Source: a virus (lineage: Duplodnaviria; Caudoviricetes). Taken from it: a stretch of 36,193 nt of DNA. Position 1 is the first letter of the stretch, and every line of letters begins with the position of its first letter. Below, piece by piece: positions 8,626 to 14,870 of this stretch. Where the stretch lies: IMG/VR virus record IMGVR_UViG_3300027752_000050, positions 1 to 36,193 of that record. The stretch is one strand, 5' to 3'. A program made the position numbers and the translations under genes. Below the pieces are notes generated by a model, which ran no database searches, had not been told where the DNA came from, and was given only the letters and a program-made list of their open reading frames with translations.

Positions 8626-9258
8626 ATGACACAACGTACTATCTTCAAGGCGCTCAGCGCTGTCCAGTCCGATTTATCTATAGTCGGAATCGCAAAAAAT
8701 CAACAGAACAGCCACCAAGGCTACAAGTTCCGTGGTATCGACGACGTGCTTAACACGCTGGCGCCGATCATCGCTGAGCATGGCGTTCTGATTATCCCTA
8801 ACGTATTGAGTAAAGACGTAAAGACTATCAACACGGCTCGCGGCGGTGTCGCATCGCACGTGATCCTTGAGGTCGGTTTTGTGCTTTACGATCAGGAAGG
8901 CGATTCTATCTGCCACACTGCCTACGGTGAGGCTATCGATACCAGCGACAAGGCTGTCAACAAGGCGATGACCGCTGCGTATAAATACTTTCTGTTTCAA
9001 GCCTTCTGCATACCTATTGAGGGCCTAGAAGACGCTGACAGCCAACAACCAGAGCAGGCAGAATTACAGCCAGCACTGGTAACGGCTGACACTCTAGCGC
9101 AGATTATCTCTCTGTGCGAAGAGACAGGCGAAGACATTCAGCGCTACGTTGACTGGGCCGAGGTTTCTGAAACAAAGCTTATCCCGCAGGAAAAAGCGGT
9201 GCGCATTGCTGCTAGCCTGACGCGAAAAAAAGAGGCAAAAAATGAAGGGCAGCCATAA
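8626..9258 (+). CDS. erf: ERF-family single-strand annealing protein
   Basis: GYKFRGIDDV and GEAIDTSDKAVNKAMTAAYKY motifs; adjacent to an exonuclease. Confidence 0.88.
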   Translation: MTQRTIFKALSAVQSDLSIVGIAKNQQNSHQGYKFRGIDDVLNTLAPIIAEHGVLIIPNVLSKDVKTINTARGGVASHVILEVGFVLYDQEGDSICHTAYGEAIDTSDKAVNKAMTAAYKYFLFQAFCIPIEGLEDADSQQPEQAELQPALVTADTLAQIISLCEETGEDIQRYVDWAEVSETKLIPQEKAVRIAASLTRKKEAKNEGQP

Positions 9259-9382
9259 TGCTTGTGAGGTATGTAAACAGCAGGGGTCGCGCAGTCAAAG
9301 CGTCTGCTCGCCCTGCTTAGACTTTTTTAACTACGCAATAGCGTTATGGATAAAGGGAGCCCCAAATGCCACGAATAATTGA
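9242..9382 (+). CDS. 46-aa Zn-finger-like protein (below ORF-track cutoff)
   Basis: MKGSHNACEVCKQQGSRSQSVCSPCLDFF...: two CxxC motifs, GAGG RBS, fills the erf-exonuclease gap. Confidence 0.6.
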   Translation: MKGSHNACEVCKQQGSRSQSVCSPCLDFFNYAIALWIKGAPNATNN

Positions 9383-9965
9383 TTGTATCCAAGGTAGCGA
9401 CGAGTGGCTTGCACAGCGTTGCGGAGTCATTACAGCTAGTAACTTCAGCAAGGTATTCACAGGCGCCGGCAAGGCGTCTACTCAGGCTGACGCGCTTATC
9501 AATACTCTTGTAGCGGAACGCATTACTGGTAAGCCTACAGAGACGTTTAAGTCGGACGCCATGCAGCGAGGTAACGATCTGGAGCCTGAGGCTAGGGATA
9601 TGTTCGAGCTAGAAACCGGTTTGTCAGCGGAGCTCGTCGGCCTGATTAAAATGGATGATTACGAGATAGGTTGCTCACCTGACGCCCTCATAGGTGACGA
9701 CTCCGGCCTAGAAATCAAGTGTCCTTCTGCGTCAACCATGATAGCATACAAAAGATCAGGCAAGCTCCCATCGGCATACGTCCAGCAGGTCCACGGTTGT
9801 ATGCTTGTCACTGGGCGTTCTAACTGGTGGTTCTACGCTTACCATCCAGAAATGAAGCCTTTTATCTTGAACGTCAAGCGGGACGATAAACTGCTGGCCG
9901 CAGCGGAAGAGCTGCTAAAAGAAACTGCAATTAAAATTAATGAACTGACGGAGACGTTAAAATGA
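9366..9965 (+). CDS. YqaJ/lambda-exonuclease family recombination nuclease
   Basis: QGSDEWLAQR..ITAS, G.DLEPEAR, GCSPDAL, GLEIKCP and YVQQV motifs. Confidence 0.93.
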   Translation: MPRIIDCIQGSDEWLAQRCGVITASNFSKVFTGAGKASTQADALINTLVAERITGKPTETFKSDAMQRGNDLEPEARDMFELETGLSAELVGLIKMDDYEIGCSPDALIGDDSGLEIKCPSASTMIAYKRSGKLPSAYVQQVHGCMLVTGRSNWWFYAYHPEMKPFILNVKRDDKLLAAAEELLKETAIKINELTETLK

Positions 9966-10270
9966 GTAATTACACCACTATCTTTGAATACGCATTATGG
10001 AAGGACAACGAGCGAAAGAACGATCGAGCTCCTCAAACCAATGGCAGCGCTAGCTTTACCTGCCCTAAGTGCCAGTTCCATATTCCTAAGATCAGGACCA
10101 GCGCTTACACAAACAAGCCTGACCCAGCAGCCCCTAAGCGCCCGCTAATTAAAGGCGACGCAAGCATAAGTTCTGACGCTCTAGCAGAGCTCTTAAACGG
10201 ACCAAGCACGGTTCCTGTCCCAGCGGTAGAGTCACCTATTGATGACTTTGACGACGACTTACCGTTCTAA
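9962..10270 (+). CDS. Probable single-stranded DNA-binding protein
   Basis: Acidic tail DDFDDDLPF as in SSB C-termini; LWKD..K...AP N-terminus; follows erf/exonuclease; contains CPKC. Confidence 0.6.
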   Translation: MSNYTTIFEYALWKDNERKNDRAPQTNGSASFTCPKCQFHIPKIRTSAYTNKPDPAAPKRPLIKGDASISSDALAELLNGPSTVPVPAVESPIDDFDDDLPF

Positions 10271-10279
10271 GGAGTAATC

Positions 10280-10489
10280 ATGGATTTTGGCAAAGCTTTA
10301 ATAGCGGCCCAAGATCTCAAGGGTGTTCGGTCAGCGCAACTGGCCGAGCAACTTGGAGTCAGCAGGCAGCAGATACACAAATGGCGCACCAAGAAAGATG
10401 CGCGGTTGTCACTGGTTGTTAAGTTCTCAAAAGAGCTTGATATTGACGTAATGGAATTCTTGGAGCTCGCCAATGCCAGCAATAGCTAA
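10280..10489 (+). CDS. Cro/XRE-type HTH transcriptional regulator
   Basis: SAQLAEQLGVSRQQIHKW HTH; 69 aa with no peptidase domain; AAGGAG RBS. Confidence 0.88.
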   Translation: MDFGKALIAAQDLKGVRSAQLAEQLGVSRQQIHKWRTKKDARLSLVVKFSKELDIDVMEFLELANASNS

Positions 10490-10721
10490 ATTCACTTATG
10501 CCCTAGCGGCTATTGAAGATGCAACATGGCGAGCCTCACAGTATCAGGAGCCCTACGCAGTTATAGAGCTCAAGGGCGATTTTGGCGTTTGCTCGTTTGA
10601 CGACTTAGAGCCCTACGATAATATCTTGGAAATATGCACTCCGACAAAAAGCAAGTTAACGGTGGAAAATGAACAATTTCAAGCGCCCGAGGCAGTACGC
10701 CGCAGAGATTATGAAGATTGA
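10473..10721 (+). CDS. Hypothetical protein
   Basis: GGAG RBS; overlapping operon arrangement. Confidence 0.6.
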   Translation: MPAIAKFTYALAAIEDATWRASQYQEPYAVIELKGDFGVCSFDDLEPYDNILEICTPTKSKLTVENEQFQAPEAVRRRDYED

Positions 10722-10839
10722 AGACAGGGAGGAGCGCCGCGAGGCGCTTAATAAAGTGCCCGAGGACCTTCGGGACTGGGTAAAAAAATTGGTGGTAAAC
10801 GCTTATGAAATTCGAGCAGCTAGAAGAAACAGCGCGTAA
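10669..10839 (+). CDS. 56-aa hypothetical protein (below ORF-track cutoff)
   Basis: MNNFKRPRQYAAEIMKIEDREERREALNKVPEDLRDWVKKLV...; fills the gap and resembles a common small phage protein pattern. Confidence 0.65.
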   Translation: MNNFKRPRQYAAEIMKIEDREERREALNKVPEDLRDWVKKLVVNAYEIRAARRNSA

Positions 10840-11122
10840 GTACGCGGAGGCTGAAGCCAGCCGGCAGTACCTGATGGAGTTTAGAAAGTCTAAGAAAGCT
10901 TTGCTTATGGGCGAGGCTGAGCGTGATAACCCTAAAATGCCTATTGCCGCTCAAGAGCGTTACGCTTACTCTCACCATGAGTACCTAGAATTACTTGATG
11001 GGCTCAAGGTTGCAATAGAACAGGCCGTCGGGCTCAAGCACCAGCTTGCAGTCTGGCAAATGAAGTTTGAGACATGGCGCACTCAGGAATCAACCAAACG
11101 CGCGGAGATGAATATAAGATGA
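10805..11122 (+). CDS. Hypothetical coiled-coil phage protein
   Basis: 105-aa helical ORF within the operon. Confidence 0.7.
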   Translation: MKFEQLEETARKYAEAEASRQYLMEFRKSKKALLMGEAERDNPKMPIAAQERYAYSHHEYLELLDGLKVAIEQAVGLKHQLAVWQMKFETWRTQESTKRAEMNIR

Positions 11123-11307
11123 TAAATGAGAAAGGTGATTATATTCCGCCCGACGATGTTGAAAGGCTATCTAAGGGATTCTCTGTAATGAGTGAGAAGT
11201 TTTCATTGGCTTTGCTTAAGTCACGCTCGCGCAAGATGGACCACGAAACCTTTGACCGGTGCATTAGGACCATGGCGGCCCTAAAGGGCAAAAGTTATTT
11301 CCGATGA
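11119..11307 (+). CDS. Hypothetical protein
   Basis: ATGA-coupled start at 11119 (MINEKGD...) with a GGAG RBS; in frame with listed ORF 11074..11307. Confidence 0.55.
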   Translation: MINEKGDYIPPDDVERLSKGFSVMSEKFSLALLKSRSRKMDHETFDRCIRTMAALKGKSYFR

Positions 11308-11879
11308 AGACAAGACGCTGCAAACTATGCCGCACCAAGATGCCTGAAGATCAGGTAATCATGGGCGGCATTTATTCGTTTTGCTCTTGGGATCATCTGC
11401 ACGAGTACACCACGACAGATCAGGCAAAAAAGACTGCCAAATTGTCGTATGCTCGTGAAGCAAAAGCTGTTAAGGAATCCCTGAAGACTGCCTCAGATTA
11501 CGTCAAAGAAGCTCAGACTGCTTTTAACGCATATATCAGAATCAGGGACCGCAACAAGCCCTGTATTAGCTGCGGGACCGCTCAGGGCGAGACAGTGCAG
11601 GGCGGCAAGTTTGACGCTGGGCACTACCGTTCACGTGGATCTGCTGGGCACCTTAGATACCATTTATTGAATTGCCACAGTCAGTGCGTCAAATGCAACC
11701 GGTATCTCTCAGGCAACGTCGTAGAGTACCGTAAAGGGCTGATTGAGAAGGTTGGTCCTGAGCGCGTAGAGCGGCTTGAAATGGATAATAATCCACGTAA
11801 ATTTACCATTGAGTACCTGAAGCGGGTAAAAAAGATCTTTAATTACCGAAAGCGGTTATACGAAAGGAAGTTCAGATGA
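11304..11879 (+). CDS. ninG: NinG/Rap-family recombination endonuclease
   Basis: AQTAFNAYIRIRD..PCISCG, DAGHYRSRG and NCHSQCVKCNRYLSGN motifs. Confidence 0.93.
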   Translation: MKTRRCKLCRTKMPEDQVIMGGIYSFCSWDHLHEYTTTDQAKKTAKLSYAREAKAVKESLKTASDYVKEAQTAFNAYIRIRDRNKPCISCGTAQGETVQGGKFDAGHYRSRGSAGHLRYHLLNCHSQCVKCNRYLSGNVVEYRKGLIEKVGPERVERLEMDNNPRKFTIEYLKRVKKIFNYRKRLYERKFR

Positions 11880-12082
11880 GCGAAAAACATATAATTTCGA
11901 TGAGTTCTAAAGAGCTGGACACTTTCATGGATGATGAGTTTAAACAGCTCCCAGAGAGCTCTCAGAGGGCCGTAGCGACCTTAATGCTTATGTGCTCAGA
12001 CTACGTGGACTTTATTGTGAAAATAGATTTATGGGACGATTTTGAGGACTATATACAGCTTGACGAAGTGGAGATGCACTAA
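11876..12082 (+). CDS. Hypothetical acidic protein
   Basis: ATGA/TAATG coupling with its neighbours. Confidence 0.6.
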   Translation: MSEKHIISMSSKELDTFMDDEFKQLPESSQRAVATLMLMCSDYVDFIVKIDLWDDFEDYIQLDEVEMH

Positions 12083-12300
12083 TGATAAACCCTAGGCGCC
12101 AAGTCGGCGGGACTCACTACGAAAAACTTAAGATTCAGCCTATTCAATATATCCTTGAGAATAAGCTCGGCTATTGCGAGGGGAATATTATCAAGTACAT
12201 TACTCGATGGAAGGACAAGAACGGCATTGAGGATTTGCGCAAGATAATCCAGTACGCTGAGTTTCTTATTGATCAAGAGATCTCAGATCGCAACGCGTAA
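12082..12300 (+). CDS. DUF3310 (T7 gp1.7 nucleotide-kinase-like/SaV-like) protein
   Basis: QVGGTHY..IQPI, GYCEGNIIKYITRWKDKNGIEDLRK..Y signature. Confidence 0.88.
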   Translation: MINPRRQVGGTHYEKLKIQPIQYILENKLGYCEGNIIKYITRWKDKNGIEDLRKIIQYAEFLIDQEISDRNA

Positions 12301-12310
12301 AATTTCAGTC

Positions 12311-12348
12311 AAAAAAAAGCCCGAGCGTTTCACAACGTGTCGGGACTT
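12311..12348 (-). terminator. Intrinsic terminator, minus-strand orientation
   Basis: CCCGA-CGTT/AACG-TCGGG stem preceded by A8 on the + strand (U8 after the hairpin on the minus strand). Confidence 0.7.
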
Positions 12349-12398
12349 AAAAAAAAGAATCAGAAATAAAAAGCATATAGATTAAATCACGTTTTCGC

Positions 12399-12427
12399 TT
12401 GCAGAATTATTTCTGTAAGAGTAATCT
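12399..12427 (+). promoter_or_regulatory. Putative sigma70 promoter overlapped by a palindrome
   Basis: TTGCAG-17-TAATCT; inverted repeat TTGCAGAA-TTAT-TTCTGTAA at 12399-12418. Confidence 0.5.
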
Positions 12428-12439
12428 GTGAAAGTTAGA

Positions 12440-12513
12440 TGTCGGTGGGTTGTTAAGGCCCTGAATTCCGGCTAGATCAATACGGAGAAGCAAGTGTAGC
12501 CAGAAACCCGACA
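12440..12513 (-). ncRNA. Candidate three-way-junction antisense RNA with UUCUCC loop
   Basis: Closing stem TGTCGG/CCGACA; 9-bp arm UUCUGGCUA/UAGCCGGAA; 5' end coincides with the predicted start of a minus-strand promoter. Confidence 0.5.
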
Positions 12514-12519
12514 AGGGCT

Positions 12520-12552
12520 ATTCTACACTATATGTTGTGTTCTTCAACATAT
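12520..12552 (-). promoter_or_regulatory. Putative minus-strand sigma70 promoter overlapped by a palindrome
   Basis: TTGAAG (12547-12542), 16 bp, TAGAAT (12525-12520); perfect 8-bp inverted repeat ATATGTTG-N7-CAACATAT at 12530-12552. Confidence 0.55.
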
Positions 12553-12580
12553 TTTCTCTATAGATTTAGTCTACGACTCG

Positions 12581-12846
12581 ACTGCGAAGGATATGTCACC
12601 TGTAAAGGGTCTCTCACCGATCGCAGTTTAAAGCCCCAAAAGAGTAGCGCGGGGGCACCGCAACTTGCTAAAAGTCTGAATGCGGCGCGGGGGGATGGAG
12701 CAGCATCCCTTGCAGACTTGCTTGTATCAACTGACTCATTGATACGGCCTCGCTGTCCATACGACAGGCTCCGAAGGCAATGCAATGTCCCGAAATCTAC
12801 TTCACTGTGGGTTGGGGCTTGCTTGCTCGCAGAACCGCCAACTCAC
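12581..12846 (+). ncRNA. Candidate highly structured non-coding RNA (~270 nt), family not recognised
   Basis: Continuous run of at least 8 stems, a GUAA tetraloop, a G.U pair favouring the + strand, and no credible ORF. Confidence 0.55.
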
Positions 12847-12859
12847 CAAAGGCAATACA

Positions 12860-13057
12860 ATGACAAACACTGAGAACATAGATGATCTTAGAGAGAAGCC
12901 GTGTAGATGCGGAGAGGTAATGGGTGAGGTGATAGGGTTCAAAGAGAGAGTGACTGATAACCAAATGGTTATGTACAGAGTCTGCTGGTACTGCCCTGAA
13001 TGCCACGCGATAGATAAGGCAATAGGCAGGGAAACTTTTATTAGTCAGAAAGGTTGA
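12860..13057 (+). CDS. Small Cys-rich (Zn-ribbon-like) protein
   Basis: ATG 12860 after AAAGG; CRCG...CWYCPEC. Confidence 0.6.
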   Translation: MTNTENIDDLREKPCRCGEVMGEVIGFKERVTDNQMVMYRVCWYCPECHAIDKAIGRETFISQKG

Positions 13058-13083
13058 CAGTATAAATAAAAATAAACTAAGAT
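13054..13083 (+). promoter_or_regulatory. Sigma70 promoter
   Basis: TTGACA 13054-13059, 18-bp AT-rich spacer, TAAGAT 13078-13083. Confidence 0.7.
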
Positions 13084-13130
13084 TAGGTTATTGGTTGCAC
13101 AACGCAGCCACTCTTGACGGAGATAGCACT

Positions 13131-13430
13131 ATGAAAAATCAAAACATTGTATCAGCGGTTGTCCCAGAGGGCCGCTATGAGATCACTGGCGAAATTCTTT
13201 ACACTAAATGGTATGAGTCAGATTACGGTCCGTGCCTGAAGTGTACCATTCGAGACGACCGAGGCTTTCGAGTTTTCGGTTCAGTTCCAACGGCTATTGT
13301 TGATTACACCGAGTCAGAAAAAATTGATCTTATCGGTCAACGCATTCATCTGACAGGCACGGTAACTCAGACCGAAGACGACAATAAATTCGGTTTCTTC
13401 AAACGCCCAGCCAAAGCCGAATTAATCTAA
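13131..13430 (+). CDS. Hypothetical protein, possible OB-fold
   Basis: ATG 13131 follows the TGACGGAGATA RBS; beta-rich, ends FGFFKRP. Confidence 0.7.
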   Translation: MKNQNIVSAVVPEGRYEITGEILYTKWYESDYGPCLKCTIRDDRGFRVFGSVPTAIVDYTESEKIDLIGQRIHLTGTVTQTEDDNKFGFFKRPAKAELI

Positions 13431-13449
13431 TTTCTCTGGAGACAAAGTT

Positions 13450-13650
13450 ATGAAAAAAGAATTCTATCTATTAACGCTCGCAATCATTGTTATTGCTGGG
13501 CTCAACTATTCCGGCAAGCTTGAACAGCAAGACGCCGAAATCGCATCTGCTGAATACGCCTCTATGGTGTGCCTTGGCAGAGAAACCGGTCAGCAATTCG
13601 GCTGGCCAAATTACTTAAACCTTGAAATAAACTGTACGGAGATAAACTAA
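13450..13650 (+). CDS. Small membrane-anchored protein
   Basis: N-terminal hydrophobic helix, two Cys, GGAG RBS. Confidence 0.65.
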   Translation: MKKEFYLLTLAIIVIAGLNYSGKLEQQDAEIASAEYASMVCLGRETGQQFGWPNYLNLEINCTEIN

Positions 13651-13871
13651 TGACTTACCACGTAATCGAACGCGATGTTGAAATCCCAGAATTAAGTCGT
13701 AAGAAAGGCGGAGTCTGGGCCGATCTTGCTAACAAAATGTCAGTAGGTGACAGCGTTGAGCTAAAGAGTACAAGCGAAGTTAGTGGCCTTGTTTCGGCTT
13801 TGAAAAAGCGTAACTACAACGCAGCCCAGCGTAAACACCTCAACAAATACAGGGTCTGGAGAACCCAGTAA
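13650..13871 (+). CDS. Small basic hypothetical protein (possible nucleic-acid binding)
   Basis: IERDVEIP...MSVGDSV...RVWR pattern common in small phage proteins; ACGGAGATAA RBS. Confidence 0.7.
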   Translation: MTYHVIERDVEIPELSRKKGGVWADLANKMSVGDSVELKSTSEVSGLVSALKKRNYNAAQRKHLNKYRVWRTQ

Positions 13872-13884
13872 AAATAATTAGTAT

Positions 13885-13978
13885 TTGTCACCCGAAAAGG
13901 TTGACACCCGCAGTGGTTTCTATAGAATGGGAACCACTGAGGGGCATACTGCTCCTCACCAACGGGAGAAACATCATG
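13885..13978 (+). promoter_or_regulatory. Promoter/operator/hairpin cassette, copy 1
   Basis: TGTCA-N11-TGACA; TTGACA 13901, 16 bp, TAGAAT 13923; inverted repeat around the -10; leader hairpin; homologous to 14285-14379. Confidence 0.85.
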
Positions 13979-14284
13979 GAAATCAACAACTACACCCTAG
14001 AGCTCGAAGCTGACAACATCGTTAATCAAGCGCTTGTATCGCACAATGAGTTCGGCGAAGACGCCGTACAAGTAATCCACGAAGTCTGCTTCGCCCACCA
14101 ATGGGCTACCTATTACGCCAAGGCGTTCCAACTGTGCTTGAATTGCGACACCGATGAAGGCGAAGATTACCTTGAGGAGACAGGTGATACTCACTTCACC
14201 AGCATCTCTGACCATGCGACCAAGGTAGCCTACGCCACACTGCTGCAAACCTCTATGAAAAAATATTTTCATTATTTTGATTAA
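13976..14284 (+). CDS. Ocr (T7 gp0.3)-like acidic protein, putative DNA-mimic anti-restriction factor
   Basis: IHEVCFAHQWATYYAKAFQL and ATKVAYATL recall Ocr IHMAADNAVPHYYADIFSV and LQARIYEQL; acidic, 102 aa, own strong promoter. Confidence 0.55.
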   Translation: MEINNYTLELEADNIVNQALVSHNEFGEDAVQVIHEVCFAHQWATYYAKAFQLCLNCDTDEGEDYLEETGDTHFTSISDHATKVAYATLLQTSMKKYFHYFD

Positions 14285-14379
14285 TTGTCATCTAAAGTGG
14301 TTGACACCCCTGATGGTTCTGCTAAGATGGGAACCATTGGAGGGGCGCGGTGCTCCTCCCAAACAGGAGAAAGAAAATG
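14285..14379 (+). promoter_or_regulatory. Promoter/operator/hairpin cassette, copy 2
   Basis: TGTCA-N11-TGACA; TTGACA 14301, 16 bp, TAAGAT 14323; exactly 400 bp after copy 1. Confidence 0.85.
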
Positions 14380-14613
14380 AAAACAGCATATTTATCACAG
14401 TGGGAAATCCAGCAAATGGCAGAGGCCGCTCTTACTTCATACGAGTTTAGCTGCTGCTGGAAGCGCGCGTTTCAAGAGGCTGCTGAGTTTGCAACTGACG
14501 AGTTAGGCGTAAAGCCGACTCGTGCTCAAGCTGCAACGGCAGTAAGAATTGCTCAAACTGGCTGGGAGGGCATTCGCCAATCAGTAGAGACAGTAATTTA
14601 TAACGCTCAATAA
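14377..14613 (+). CDS. Hypothetical early protein
   Basis: ATG 14377 after AGGAG; 78 aa, helical. Confidence 0.7.
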   Translation: MKTAYLSQWEIQQMAEAALTSYEFSCCWKRAFQEAAEFATDELGVKPTRAQAATAVRIAQTGWEGIRQSVETVIYNAQ

Positions 14614-14623
14614 CAATAATCGC

Positions 14624-14637
14624 GCCCCTACGGGGGC
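14624..14637 (+). other. GC hairpin with UACG tetraloop (no U-tract)
   Basis: GCCCC-TACG-GGGGC immediately 5' of the CACTCTTGACGGAGA RBS motif. Confidence 0.6.
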
Positions 14638-14657
14638 ACTCTTGACGGAGAATCACC

Positions 14658-14870
14658 ATGGATCCAGTAATCGCAGACCTTAACCGCTACCTCGACGAGT
14701 GCGAAGCTTCTATTGACGAGCAGGAAGCAGCCGAGCTTGAGCTCTACCGCGATCGCCTAGATTGGGCAACTCGCGTACTGTCAAACGAAACATTGACCAT
14801 AGCCGAGAAAGCGCGCCGAATTGTTGCCGGCATTGAAGAAGAAATAGAAGAGGCCCTCAATGGAGCTTAG
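14658..14870 (+). CDS. Hypothetical acidic protein
   Basis: TGACGGAGA RBS; overlaps the helicase start. Confidence 0.7.
   Translation: MDPVIADLNRYLDECEASIDEQEAAELELYRDRLDWATRVLSNETLTIAEKARRIVAGIEEEIEEALNGA

Noticed and set aside
8386-8648. Minus-strand ORFs 8386..8571 and 8460..8648 as a cI repressor
   Set aside because: No HTH, they run over the promoter and terminator hairpin, and there is no convincing RBS.
12581-12846. tRNA, hammerhead ribozyme or group I intron
   Set aside because: I could not find a T-loop/CCA cloverleaf, a CUGANGA...GAAA core in proper stem context, or P7 consensus by eye. A covariance search is still needed.
12532-12873. ORFs 12532..12873 (+), 12558..12785 (-) and the 5' extension of 12785..13057
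   Set aside because: No RBS, atypical composition, and they coincide with dense hairpins; the real downstream start is probably 12860.
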